Of a DNA stretch of 64,000 nt, positions 11,365-25,878 are shown in pieces; position 1 is the stretch's first letter; every line of letters begins with the position of its first letter. The stretch covers positions 136,400,001 to 136,464,000 of the forward strand of contig OX597817.1 of NCBI GenBank assembly GCA_951406725.2, written 5' to 3'. The DNA is from Octopus vulgaris (taxonomy: Eukaryota). The position numbers and the translations under genes are program-made. The notes below the pieces were generated by a model. That model was not told where the DNA came from, made no database searches, and saw only the letters and a list, made by a program, of their open reading frames with translations.

Positions 11365-11918
11365 GTTCGTCTTAAGGGCTAAAGAACACACGCACACACA
11401 AATCGTATTTCTGCAAACTCGTTATGCAGTTGTCCAGACACTCCTGCGTATCTAAACTCATCGACATGTCTAAATTAGTACATATATACCTATCTTATAA
11501 CCACATCACATATACTTATGTATATTCGCACACACACATACACACCTATGCACAATAATACATACACGTGTCTACATACACACACATGTAGCTACATAAC
11601 CACATGCACAAACACATGTATACACGTGTCAGCTTAACTACCTGTACACACACACACGCCTGCAGTACATATGTGCCTACAGGACCTCATACATCCTAAC
11701 ACACACACACATGTATGTATATATACAACAAACATATATAGCATCATTTAGGATAAAAGGTTCATTGTTACAATTATTCTGTTTAAATAGTATCTGTATG
11801 TGTTAGACAAACTTCAGTGCATACAAATTTGTCCTATCTATATAAATATCTATCTGTCGGCACACACACACACATATATATCCTTATATATAAACTGGCA
11901 AAATGACCATTACGAAAT

Positions 11919-11962
<44 letters not shown>

Positions 11963-12084
11963 GAACATGTATGAGTATATATGTATATAATGCATACTTA
12001 TATATGAATATAAATATGTATTATATATAATATATGCATGCATGCATATACACAGACACATACATATACAGATATATATAAGCA

Positions 12085-12225
12085 CAGGCGTGGCTATGTG
12101 GTTAGAAGTTTGTTTCTGAACCTCAAGGTTCCAGATTCAGTTCCAATAGACAAGAGTATTCTATAGCTTCAGGCTGATCAAAGCCTTCATAAGTGGAGTT
12201 GGTAGATTGAAAGTGAAAGAACTGT

Positions 12226-12264
<39 letters not shown>

Positions 12265-12430
12265 GTGTGTCTGTGTTTGTCCCCCATCACCATCACTGCT
12301 TGACAACTGGTGTTTGTGTGTTCATGTCCCTATAATTTAGCTGCTTACCAAAATAGACTGGTAGAATAAGTGCTGGGTTCAATCCATTCCAGGCATGGCC
12401 AAAGTCTAATGACTGAAACCAGTGAAGGAT
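12085..12430 (+). mobile_element. Family B SINE, diverged
   Basis: tRNA-like head GCACAGGCGTGGCTATGTGG, internal (TA)n, and tail GCATGGCCAAAGTCTAATGACTGAAAC. Confidence 0.8.
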
Positions 12431-12783
12431 ATATATAGATATACCTACATATATATGTACATAAATGTATATGTGTAAAAATATACACATGTATGTGTAT
12501 ATAAATATAGATCATAATCATTTAGCATCTATTTTCCATGCTGGCATGGATTGGCTGGTATATATATATAAATATATGTAAATAGATATGTATCCAAATG
12601 GTCAGACTGTTGGTGGAGGGATGACTTATAAGTTGGTATGGAATAACTTATGCATTCCTGCAGAACTTGGGGCCATATAAGTTGTCATCAATGATGGAGA
12701 GACCAAACTTAATATGTTTCTTGGAGTGAAACAGTTTTGCAAAGTGAGCTTACTCAAATACAAGTTGAATTCCACTATGTGTA

Positions 12784-12817
<34 letters not shown>

Positions 12818-12993
12818 CAGACTGATCGAATACGTACCAGGCTCAAGAAATATAAGTGCTGGGTTTGATCCATTCCAGGCATCCGGATACATTGTCAGTT
12901 GTTCGTACATCCCAAAAAGAAACACATTCTATGACCGGAATACATCATCCCTATCATTTCATGTCCACCTTCCATACTGCCATGGGTTGTGTA

Positions 12994-13040
<47 letters not shown>

Positions 13041-13103
13041 GAGATATATATAATTAACATACATACGTAGTTTTGTTAGTGCATATGTGTATATTATATG
13101 AAT

Positions 13104-13148
<45 letters not shown>

Positions 13149-13436
13149 TTTGTGTGTATGTATTTTTAAATTTCACTAAGGCATTGCGTTAGTGAAATAA
13201 CCTGGTGTAGAACTCAATATATGTATCCCTTTGAACAAAGTGTTAGTCAAGTACACAGTGATAATAATAGAGAGATGGCAAGGAAATAATCGACAGCATT
13301 ATGAACTTCATTAGTTTATAGCCATCCCGTTACAAGATGCTGTGAACTCACACTTGAGTGCTCCAAGTATGTGCATATTCATATATATATATTTTTGTAT
13401 ATAAATATATATAAATATATATATACACACATATAA

Positions 13437-13473
<37 letters not shown>

Positions 13474-13527
13474 TGTATCAACACACACATGTATATATAT
13501 GTATCTATATAGATATATTTATGAATG

Positions 13528-13579
<52 letters not shown>

Positions 13580-13839
13580 TATACATATATAAATATATAA
13601 ACACACGTGTATGTATAGCATCATGATAATTTAATATCCGTTTTCTATGCTGGCGTGGGTAAGATGGTTTGATGGGAGCTGGATGCCCTGCCTAACACTG
13701 CCCATTTGTGTGTGTGTCTGTCTATATATATATATATATGTATGTATATATACATGTGTGTGTGTCTGTCTGTCTGTCTCTCTATATATATATACATATA
13801 CATACACTATACGCACAGACATGTGTATATGTGTGTATG

Positions 13840-13875
<36 letters not shown>

Positions 13876-13937
13876 TACATGCATGTGTGTGTATATACAG
13901 ATACACACACATATATGCGTACATATGTGAGTATATG

Positions 13938-13968
<31 letters not shown>

Positions 13969-13989
13969 TTACATACATACATACATACA

Positions 13990-14400
13990 CATTTATTCTT
14001 TTACGTGTTTCAGTCATTTGAATGTGGCCAAGCTGCAATATTGCCTTTCGTCAAACAAATTGACCCAGGGACTTAGTCTTTGTAAGTCTAGTACTGAATT
14101 TATCAGTCAGTTTTGATGGACTGCTAAGTTTCAGGGACATAAACACTCCAACATTGGTTGTCAAGCAATGGTGGGGGATAAACACTAACACAGACACACA
14201 CACATAAATATACAGACACACACACACATATACACGATGGGCTTCTTTCGGTTTCAGCCTACCAAAACCACTCACGAGTCTTTGGTCGGCCTGAGGCTAT
14301 AGTGGATGACACAAGCCCAAAGAGACATGGAGTGGCACTGAACCCAGAACCATGTGGTTGGGAAGCAAGCTACTTACTACTCATCCATGACTGTACCTGA
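13990..14400 (-). mobile_element. Family B SINE, near full length
   Basis: Reverse complement of head (14335-14400), CORE-like body and CR1-type tail (14000-14050). Confidence 0.88.
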
Positions 14401-14895
14401 ATTAATATATATATTCTATGTATGTATGTATACGTACATCTGTATCTGTGTATACACATATATACATACATATGTATTTGTGAATATGTATATACATGTT
14501 TGTACACTCATACATATGTACACACGTCATCATCATCATCACTTTTAATGACAATGGATGACCTGCATATATGTGTATAAATATATATATATACGTACGT
14601 GTGTGTGTATATATATATATACATAGACATATACACATGTATATATATATGAAATGATGTATGTGTATATATAGATAGGTATATATGTATACACACATTG
14701 TTGTATGTGTGTGTATATATATGTATATGTGTAGATATAGATGTGTGTGTATATGTATGAGTACACATGTATGTATATGTATACACATGTACGTGTATAT
14801 ATATGTATGCATATATATATATGTATACATACGTATATGTATACATATATATGTAGGCATGTATATATGTATGTATATATATGTATACATATATG

Positions 14896-14955
<60 letters not shown>

Positions 14956-15242
14956 TTTATATATATATATATATGCATTTATATATATATATATATGCAT
15001 TTATATATATATATATATGCATTTATATATATATATATATGCATTTATATATATATATATATGCATTTATATATATGTATTTATATATATGCATTTATAT
15101 ATATGTATTTATATATATACATTTATATATATATATGTATATATGCATGTATTTATATATAGGTATGTATATATATATATATGCATTTATATATATGTAT
15201 ATATGCATGTATTTATATATAGGTATGTATATATACATATGT

Positions 15243-15522
15243 ATCATGTGATCACGTGACTGACCAGGCTATCAGATGTTGCACATTGCTGGTCACAATG
15301 TGCTTCACATTGTTTTCGCCATCTAGTGATGCCACCTAGCTGGCTAAGCGAGCAGGCCAACAGAAGAAAGAATGAGAGAAAGGTGTGGTGAAAGAGTATA
15401 GCAGGGATCGCCACCACCCCCTGCCGGTGCCTCGTGGGCCTTTACATGTTTTCGCTCAATAAACACACGCAACACCCGGTCTGAGGCATCTAAACCGCGA
15501 TCCTACGACCGTGCCTCCGCTT
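15243..15522 (-). mobile_element. Distinct tRNA-derived SINE (family D)
   Basis: Minus strand: degenerate tRNA-like head CGGTCGTAGGATCGCGGTTTAGATGCC, body GGTGGCGATCCCTGCTATACTCTTTCACC, and end GGTCAGTCACGTGATCACATGAT. Confidence 0.6.
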
Positions 15523-15624
15523 TAGTATATGTATTATATGTATGTATGTATAAATATGTATATGTATGTATGTAGGTATATATATGTATGTATATATATT
15601 TATATATATGTATGTATGTGTATT

Positions 15625-15940
15625 CCGTGCCAATGGCACGTAAAAGGACACCATTCGAGCATGATCGTTACAAAAAGTCGCCTTACTGGCACCTGTGCTG
15701 GTGGCATGTGTAAAAGGATTCAAGCGAAGTCATTGCCAGTACTGCCTGACTGGCCCCCGTGGCGCGTAAAAAGCACCCACTACACCCTCAGAGGGGTTGG
15801 CGTTAGGAAGGGCATCCAGCTGTAAAAACTCTGCCAAATCAAGATTGGTGCCTGGTGCAACCATCGGTTCACTAGCCCTGAGTCAAAATAGTCCAACCCA
15901 TGCTAGCATGGAAAGCGGACGTTAAACGATGATGATGATA
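15625..15940 (+). mobile_element. Family A element
   Basis: Tandem units, GGCGTTAGGAAGGGCATCCAGCTG, and CCATGCTAGCATGGAAAGCGGACGTTAAAC(GAT)n. Confidence 0.9.
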
Positions 15941-15987
15941 TGATGTATGAATGTATATATGTTTATATGTTTATGTATATATGTACT

Positions 15988-16018
<31 letters not shown>

Positions 16019-17217
16019 GTATGTATGTATGTGTATATCTATGTATGTATATAGATATATGTATATGTATGTATATAGATATATGTATATGTATGTATAT
16101 AGATATATGTACATGTATGTATATATATATATATATATGTATATTTGTATGTATATATATATGTATGTATATATATATGTGTGTATGTATCTATATGTAT
16201 GTATATATATATATGTATGTATATATATATGTATGTATGTATATATATATGTATGTATGTATATACGTATGTATGTGTGTATGTATATATATATATGTAT
16301 GTATGTGTGTATGTATATATATGTATGTATGTGTGTATGTATATATATGTATGTATGTGTGTATGTATATATATATGTATGTATATGTATAAATATATAT
16401 ATATGCATATATATATATAAATTTATATATGCATATATATATATAAATTTATATATGCATATATATATATAAATTTATATATGCATATATATAAATTCAT
16501 ATATGCATATATATATATAAATTTATATATGCATATATATATATCAATTTATATATGCATATATATAAATTCATATATGCATATATATATATAAATTCAT
16601 ATATGTATATATATATGTATATATAAATTTATATATATGTATATAAAATATTTATATGTATATATATATATATATAAGTATATATATATACTTATATATA
16701 TGTATATATATATGGCTGGGCCAGGCTCCAATCTGATCTGGCAGAGCTTCTACTGCTTGATGCCCTTCATATTGCCAACCACTTTGAGAGTGTAGTGGGT
16801 GCTTTTACGTGGGACGCATGAAAATGGTATTTTTTATGTATATATATATATATATTTATGTATATATATTTATATGTATGTACATATATATGCATGTGTA
16901 TATAAATGTATATATATGTATGTGTATATGTATACATTTCTATATGTATGTATATATATATATGTATATATATTTCTATTTCTATATATATACATCTATG
17001 TATGTATATATATAATGTGTGTATATATATATATATATATATATGTTTATATATATACATATCCATGTATATGTGTATTTATATATTTACATATGTATAT
17101 ATGTATTTATATATATACGTATGTATATATATATTTAAATGTATACATTTGTATATATATATTATATGTATGCATATGTATTTATATTTCTATATGTACA
17201 TATGTATGTATGTATGT

Positions 17218-17360
17218 ATCATCATCATCATCATCATCATTTAGCGTCCGTTTTCCATGCTAGCATGGGTTGAACGGTTCTACTGGGGTCTGTGAAGCCA
17301 GAAGGCTTCATCAGGCCCAGTCAAATCTGGCAGTGTTTCTACGGCTGGATGCCCTTCCTA
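17218..17360 (-). mobile_element. Family A 3' fragment
   Basis: (CAT)n, CCATGCTAGCATGG and GGATGCCCTTCCTAA on the plus strand. Confidence 0.88.
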
Positions 17361-17540
17361 AAGGGCATATATATATATATATATTATGTGTATATATGTA
17401 TGTATATGTATATACATATATATTTATATGTATACACATATCTATGTATATATGTATGTATATGTATATACATATATATTTATATGTATGTATATATGTA
17501 TGCATATGTATATACATATATATTTATATGTATACACATG

Positions 17541-17933
<393 letters not shown>

Positions 17934-17960
17934 GTATATATATATATATATTATATATAC

Positions 17961-18010
<50 letters not shown>

Positions 18011-18259
18011 GTATATATATATATTTATATATACATATGTATATATATATATTTATATATACATATGTATATATATATATTTATATATACATATGTATAT
18101 ATATATATTTATATATACATATATATATATATTTATGTGTACATATGTATGTATATGTATATATATATATTTATGTGTACATATGTATGTATATGTATAT
18201 ATATATATTTATGTGTACATATGTATGTATATATATATATATTTTATGTGTACATATGT

Positions 18260-18625
18260 ATCATCATCATTATCGTTTAACGTCCGTTCTCCATGCTAGC
18301 ATGGGTTGGACGGTTCGACCGGGGATCTGGGAAGCCAGAAGGCTGCACCAGGCTCCAGTCTTATCTGGCAGTGTTTCTACAGCTGGATGCCCTTCCTAAC
18401 GCCAACCACTCTGTGAGTGTAGTGGGTGCTTTTTACGTGCCACCTGCACAGGTGCCAGGCGAGGCTGGCAACGGCCACGGTCGGATTGGTGTATTTTATG
18501 TGCCACCGGCACGGAAGCCAGACGAGGCGGAGCTGGCATCGGCCACGAGTCGGATAGTGCTTTTTGCGCCACGAGTCGGATAGTGCTTTTTACGTACCAC
18601 CAGAACAGGGATCCTGGCTGGTTCA
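18260..18625 (-). mobile_element. Family A element
   Basis: Same diagnostic blocks plus tandem units; another copy at 19130-19375. Confidence 0.9.
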
Positions 18626-20107
18626 ATTCGATACATATGTATGTATATATATATATGTGTATATATGTATGTATATATATTTGTATGTATGTATATATAT
18701 TTATATATATACATATGTATGTATATATATTTGTATGTATGTATATATATTTATATATATACATATGTATATATATATATTTGTATGTATATATATTTAC
18801 ATATATACATATGTATATATATATATATTTGTATGTATGTATATATATTTATATATATACATATGTATATATATATATGTATTTGTATGTATGTATATAT
18901 ATTTATATATATACATATGTATATATATATATATATATTTGTATGTATGTATATATATTTATATATATACATATGTATATATATATATATATTTATTTGT
19001 GTGCATATGTATATATATATTTATATATATATACATATCTATATACATTTGTATATATATTTATATATATACATATGTATATATATTTATTTGTATGCAT
19101 ATGTATATATATATTTATATATATATATATCATCATCATCATTTATCGTCAGTTTACATGTTAGCATGGGCTAGACGGTTCGACAGGGGTCTGGGAAGCC
19201 TGGAGGCAGCACCAGGCCCCAATCTGATCTGGCAGTGTTTCTACAGCTGGATACCTTCCTAATGCCAGCCACTCCATGAGTGTAGTGGGTGCTTTCTATG
19301 TGCCAGGGGAGGCTGGCAATGGCCATGATTGGTTGCTGCTTAGTATGTGCCACATGCACGAAAGCCAGTCAAGGTTAATCCAGTAATTTCTTACTAGTTT
19401 CATCTCTTCTCTTTGTTTTCTCCGTGTTGATATGGACAATTAAGGTGGTTTTAGAGTCAGATCATAGCTGCTATTTTCAGCATGGTGGTATCTCGTAGTT
19501 ACTCTAATTTATAATTTTAATATATGTATATATATGTATTCATGTATGTATGTATATATATGTATGTATATATGTGTATGTACATATGTATATATATATG
19601 TATATATATGTATATGTATATATATATATGTATATACATATATATATGTGTATATATATATACATACATAGATGTATGTATATATACATACATGTATATA
19701 TGTATGTATGTATACATACATGTATATCTGTATGTATGTATGTATGCATACATGTATATATATATGTATGTATATATATATATATATCTTTATATGTATG
19801 TATGTGTATGTATATATGTATGTATGTGTATGTATATATGTATGTATGTGTATGTATATATGTATGTATGTGTGTGTCTATATATGTATATGTATGTATG
19901 TCTATATATGTATGTATGTATGTCTATATATGTATGTATGTATGTCTATATATGTATATGTATGTATGTCTATATATGTATATGTATGTATATATATCTA
20001 TACGTGTCTATATGTGTGTGTGTGTCTATATATATAAGTATATATGCGTAATATATATACATATGTGTATACATATATGTATATACATCTATATATATAT
20101 ATATACA

Positions 20108-20169
<62 letters not shown>

Positions 20170-20391
20170 TATACATAGAGGTTATGGGAAGTAATGGTGT
20201 CAATAAGACCCAAAGGTGTCAGGTAATGTTGAGTAAGTGCTATGTACAGACTATAGTTAAGCTTCAGGTTTGGTGATTATGCAAATAAGGAGTCCAAAGT
20301 TGGTCATATATCAGCATGTATACATGTACATACATATATATGCATACACATATGTGCATATACATATATATGCACATATATATACATACAG

Positions 20392-20424
<33 letters not shown>

Positions 20425-20459
20425 CTTATATATATATGCATATATAAATGCATATGCAT

Positions 20460-21565
20460 GTATTATTTTTTCTTCGTTTTATCTCAGAGCTGCAGCCATG
20501 CTGATGCACCGCCATTTTGCTACACTGTTATTACTAAGAGCCTCCTCTAATATGTGACACTTGGTGAAGAATGGATATAGCTACCCTCATTTGCACCTCT
20601 TGCTGTGAGGTAGGCTCATCCGGGACTCTTGGCAGGAAGAGGTCCAGCTTTGTTTTAAAAGCCCCTATGTCTACTTTGTGCAAGTTCCTCAGACTTTTTG
20701 GGAGAATATTAAATAGCTGTGAGCCCTTGAAACCCAGGCTGTTGCAGTAACTGGTCCTGAAGCTTGATGGCATTGCTGGGATCTTTGGCACTATGCAGTG
20801 TCGTCCCGTTCTAGCATTGGTGTAGCTTTCAATGCCAAAATTTGGCACAATTCCTTCCAGGATCTTCCAGACATATATTGCTGCATATCTCTCCCGTCTT
20901 CTCTCCAGGGAGTAGAGTCTTAGCTGTTTCAACCTTTCCGAGTAGCTGAGCTGTTGCAAAGAGGCGATCTTCTTTGTGAATCTTCTTTCACACTGGTGGG
21001 TGACCATAGCTGTGAGCAGTAATCCAGGTGGCTGAGGACGAATGTCCGCCAGAGGACCATCATGATTTCTTTATCTCTGGTTCTGAATGTTCTTAGGATC
21101 CATCCAGCCAGTCGTCTGCACTTTGTCTCCATCCTGGTAATGTGCACTTGGAAAGAGGTATCATCACTCATGTCAATACCCGGGTCCCTCACTGACTTAG
21201 CCTCTGGGATTGAAATTCCCTGTGGACCGGTGTACCCTGTAATTTTCATATTCAGTTTTGGATGCTGGTAGTGTAGGGCCTGGAATTTTTCAGCATTAAA
21301 CTACATATTATTATCCTCAGCCCATCTGTAAATTGAGTCAAACACCTGCTGCAGATGTGCAACATCGCTGGGGTTCTGTATTTTCTGTGAGACTTTCGTA
21401 TCATCTGCATAGCTTGCCAGAGTGGCTATCCGGGCATTTGAGGGCATATCTGAGAGGGCCACTATAAAAAGCAGTGGTCCCAAGGCAGTGCCCTGTGGAA
21501 CACCGCTCACTATTTTTTGTGTTCATAGAGGTGGCTCCATTAGCTACTACTGCCTGACTTCTATA
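20460..21565 (-). mobile_element. 5'-truncated CR1/Jockey-group LINE (RT C-terminal half and 3' UTR), frameshifted
   Basis: ORF pieces SGVPQGTALGPLLF, YADDTKV, LDYCSQLWSP and YSERLKQLRLYSLERRRERY; 3' end GGCGGTGCATCAGCATGGCTGCAG..AAAACGAAGAAAAAATA. Confidence 0.93.
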
Positions 21566-21593
21566 TTTCAGAAAGTCATGTAACCACTCATAT

Positions 21594-21740
21594 GTATGTA
21601 TACATCTATATGTATATATGAATCTATGTATACATCTATATGTATATATGAATCTATGTATACATATCTATGTATATATGAATCTATGTATACATATCTA
21701 CGTATATATGAATGTATGTATACATATCTACGTATATATT
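21594..21740. repeat. 30 bp minisatellite, about 5 copies
   Basis: Repeated TATGTATACAT(C/A)T(A/C)TA(T/C)GTATATATGAATC. Confidence 0.85.
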
Positions 21741-22299
21741 TGTATGTATACATATATACATATATATATATATATACGCACACACACACACACACACATG
21801 TATCTATACATAAATACGTATATATATATATACATGTATCTATACATAAATACATATATATACATATATATATATATACATAAATACATATATATACATA
21901 TATATATATATACATAAATACATATATATATATGTGTGTGTGTGTATATAATTATATATATGAATATATATATATAAACATATATGTATGTATACAAATA
22001 TGTATATATCATCATCATTTAACATCCACTTTCCATGCTAGCATGAGTTGACATGTATATACATATATACATACATATATCTATGTATACATATATATAC
22101 TTACATATATGTATACATAGATATATGTGTGTGTATATGTATATGTAGGTATGTATTCATATATGAATGTATGTATTCATATATGTAGGTATGTATACAT
22201 GTATGTACGTATCTATATATATATATATATATATATACATATGTATGTGAAAATGTTTGTATATATATATGTATGTATATATGTACGTATGCATGTATA

Positions 22300-22716
22300 T
22301 ACTCTTTTACTCTTTACTCTTTTACTTGTTTCTGTCATTTGACTGCGGCCATGCTGGAGCACCGCCTTTAGTTGAGCAAATCGACCCCGGGACTTATTTT
22401 TTGTAAGCCCAGAACTTATTCTATCGGTCTCTTTTGCCGAACCGCTAAGTGACGGGGATGTAAACACACCAGCATCGGTTGTCAAGCAATGCTAGGGGGA
22501 CAAACACAGGCACACAAACACACACACATATACATATATATATACATATATACGACAGGCTTCTTTCAGTTTCCGTCTACCAAATCCATTCACAAGGCAT
22601 TGGTCTGCCCGGGGCTATAGCAGAAGACACTTGCCCAAGATGCCACGCAGTGGGACTTAACCCGGAACCATGTGGTTGGTTAGCAAGCTACTTACCACAC
22701 AGCCACTCCTGTGCCT
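22300..22716 (-). mobile_element. Family B SINE, full length, young
   Basis: Complete head, CORE-like body, CR1-type tail and (TAAAAGAG)n-like end; CpGs largely intact; very similar to the copy at 38858-39253. Confidence 0.93.
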
Positions 22717-22959
22717 ATGTATACATATGTATGCATATATATATATATATATGTATAAGTGTGTATACATATAAGTATGTACACATATTGTATGTATGCA
22801 TACATGTGTTTATACATATATTTGTGCATACACATGTGTGTATACATATGTGTATACATGTTGTAACTGTAATTGATAGAATCAACCTTGTCACATAGAC
22901 ACAGGCATATATACACACACATATATATACATATACATACTCAGATATGTGTGTGTGTG

Positions 22960-23190
22960 TGTAAACTGGATGATATTTGGGAGGGCCTCCAGTTGTAAAA
23001 ACTATTCCAAAGCAAACCTCACTTGTGTTAGTGCTATGTAAAGAGCACTCAGTGTCCACTAAGTAGGGTGGCTGGTGTTCAGAAGGGCATCCAACTGTAA
23101 AAACCATACCAAAACAGATAGTGAAGCCTGTTGCAGTGCCTGTCAAGCCATCCAACCCATGCCAACATGGAAAACAGATGTTAAATGGTG
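22960..23190 (+). mobile_element. Family A 3' part with duplicated GGGCATCC block
   Basis: Two GAGGGC(C/A)TCCA..TGTAAAAAC blocks followed by CCATGCCAACATGG. Confidence 0.75.
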
Positions 23191-23199
23191 ATAATATAT

Positions 23200-24045
23200 A
23201 TTAATATAAGTATGTATTTCATATGTATTGAGATATGTACTTATATATTCTTGCATCCACTTTCAATTCCTTTTGGTTGTTCCTTGCTCATTTATTTCAC
23301 ATGTCCCACAACGAGCGTCTCCACGGTTTCTTACCTGCACTGTTTCTTCCTCCAATGTAAATCTCACCTTTGTTAGAAGTCTTTGGAGATCTGGTGGTTG
23401 TCTTTGGCTGTTAATGATTTGTGATTCTTTGATTATTTGTTGGCGATTAGATGATTGATGTAGAATTGGGAGGTGTCATTTGGCTGAAAGTAGGATATTT
23501 TGGTTTCAAGGATTATAGGTGAATACTAGTGGAATATTTATATTTGTTGTTTTGTTTACACTGTCAGTGTCAGTGTTAGTGTTTCTTCATGACGTAGAGA
23601 TTGGGATTTCTTTTGCTTTGGTTGTGGCATGGTTTTTTAGATTATTCTTTTAAGGAACATATTTAGTTCTACTAGTTGCTTTTCTTGTCTATTTTTGTCA
23701 GTACCCATTTAACATATGTCCTGCCATATTGAATGGTATGTTCCTTTTCATGCGGGAAGAGCGACAAGATATAAAATCTAGATATTGGTTTGAATCTGTG
23801 ATCCTGCTCTAGAGATGTCTTTTAACTGTCCATTTTTTGTTTTTTTAAATGCCTAGAAAAGGAAGTTCCTTTTCATTTGTCTTCATAGTGAACTGGATTG
23901 ATTTATGAATGCTATTTATTTAATGAATCTTGCAAGGTCCTTCTTTTGTTTCAAAATATGCAGTAGTCATCCAAGAATCTTTTTCCAGTTTTCTATTAAT
24001 GAAGATCAGAAATGTTGATCATAAACTATTCAAATTATAAAAAAT
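23200..24045 (-). mobile_element. Penelope-like element remnant (RT motif C, thumb, linker)
   Basis: Minus-strand pieces ENWK.FLDD, NSIHKSIQFTMKTNEKELPFL, TDSNQYLDFISC..KRNIPFNMA and RCGTCE are characteristic of PLE proteins. Confidence 0.8.
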
Positions 24046-24340
24046 TATGTTTTTTCTGGATAAATAAATACCTAGAGAGAATTCAGGAGAGACTCCCAAA
24101 ATGGTTTATACTTAAAGGATTGCAGATGATATTGGAAAACAACTACTACTTTGACATTGAATGTTACCTGTAAATTCAAGGCACAGCAGTGGAGATGAAA
24201 GTTGCACCGATGTTTGCAATACTAGTAATGGGATTCCTGGTAGAAAAAAATCTATACCCTCTCTGGAATTACTTTTGATCAACATTACTAATGCTAGTTA
24301 ATAGGGAACTGGAAAATATTTTTGGATGACTGCTCCATAT
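24046..24340 (+). mobile_element. Penelope-like RT core remnant, inverted relative to the adjacent piece
   Basis: IQGTAVEMKVAPMFAILVMGFLVEK and NWKIFLDDCS, resembling PLE RT motifs B and C. Confidence 0.8.
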
Positions 24341-24364
24341 GCAAATAAGTATGCATATATGTAT

Positions 24365-25878
24365 GTATATAAGTTAAGTAAATTTTTTGGCTCAAAAAGC
24401 AAAGGCAAGGCCATGTAGGGGGACATGGAGTTATGTACAGGGAGGGTGTTCATGCAAAGAATTCAGGCCATTTCTGGTCAAGAGAGACTTTGAACTGAGC
24501 AGTCGTCAGCATCTTCACTATCTCATCCGGCAGCTTATTCCACGGATCCGCAACCCGGACGGAGAAATCCCCTCCCCTTCGATTGAGATGAAATCGTCGC
24601 AGATAGAGCTTTTCGGAGTGACTCCGCAGCCGACGCTCTGGAGTCGGAGTGAAGAACAGCTCTTTTGAGAAGTTACACTTTCCACTTATGATGTTGTGAG
24701 TGAGAATGAGATCACCACAGCGGCGGCGTTTTTCTAGAGAATAAAGGTCGAGCGTCTTCAGCCTTTCTTCAAAAGACAAATGCTTGAGACTAAGAACCAT
24801 GTGGGTAGCCAGCTTCTGGACTCTTTCGAGATGATGTATGTCTTTGAGGAGATAAGGAGAAGAGGCTTGAATCCTGTACTCCAATATGGGTCTCACCAGT
24901 GTGACATAGAGCGGTAGGAATATGGCTGCTGTGAGCATTCCGAATGACCGTTGAATCAAAAACAGAACTCCGCATGCTTTGTTGGTATCATGGACACATT
25001 GGGCCGAAGGTGAAAAGGAAGAATCCACCAAGATACCCAGGTCCTTTACCTGGTCGGTCCTCTCCAGCAGCAGACAACCCGGCTCGAAATCAAGTTCAGT
25101 TGCAGGAGAGGAGCCAACAGGCAGATGACAGCACTTTGACATGTTCAGACACAGGTCCCATTTGTTAGACCATCTCCAAACTTGGTGGAGGCATCGACGA
25201 AGCTCATCTATATCACTGCGAGGAGCAACCAGTTTGACATCATCGGCAAATAGGAGGGTATGTTGCGTGAGTTCGTCGGGCAAGTCAATTATGAAGACTA
25301 AAAACAATAACGGCCCAAACACTGAACCTTGAGGCACGCCACTGCTCGCACTGGAGACGTCGGACAGCGAATCATTAACTTGGACTTGGAAGGAGCGATC
25401 TCAGAGGAAGGTACCAACCCATCGTACAATATCTGGATGGAAACTATATGCTTGAAGCTTGACAAGTAATAGGCGATGGTTAACCGAGTCAAAAGCTTTG
25501 GCAAAGTCCAATAAAACGATGTCAACAGCATCACCATCATCCAGGATACGCGTCACCAATTCTTCCTTTACCAGTAAGTTGGTCAAGCATGATCTCTTCG
25601 GCACGAAGCCGTGTTGGGAATCAGAGATAGAGGCTGTGTTTTGGAGGTAGAGCAACATACTTTTCTTGAGGATGGTTTCGAACATTGTGCTGATTATTGA
25701 AGTAAGGGAAACCGGTCGGTAGTTAAGCGGGTCTTCGCGGCTCCCTTTCTTGAAAATCGGGCAGATTATCGCTGTTCTCCAGTCCGCAGGTACAACACCC
25801 GTCGCCAATGACATATTGAATAAAAGTGTTAAAGGTTCGCAGATGACCGGAGCCAACGCTTTGATAACCTGTGGGTGG
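24365..25878 (-). mobile_element. 5'-truncated CR1-clade LINE, RT nearly intact
   Basis: HPQVIKAL..PADWR..NYRPVSLTS..QHGF..LLDFAKAFD..PQGSVFGP..FADD..SFEERLKTLDLYSLEKRR in one frame with a single TGA at 25403-25401, followed by a short 3' UTR. Confidence 0.95.

Noticed and set aside
11132-11455. 107 aa ORF MDIGNEP...
   Set aside because: No recognisable family; it crosses microsatellites and a likely donor.
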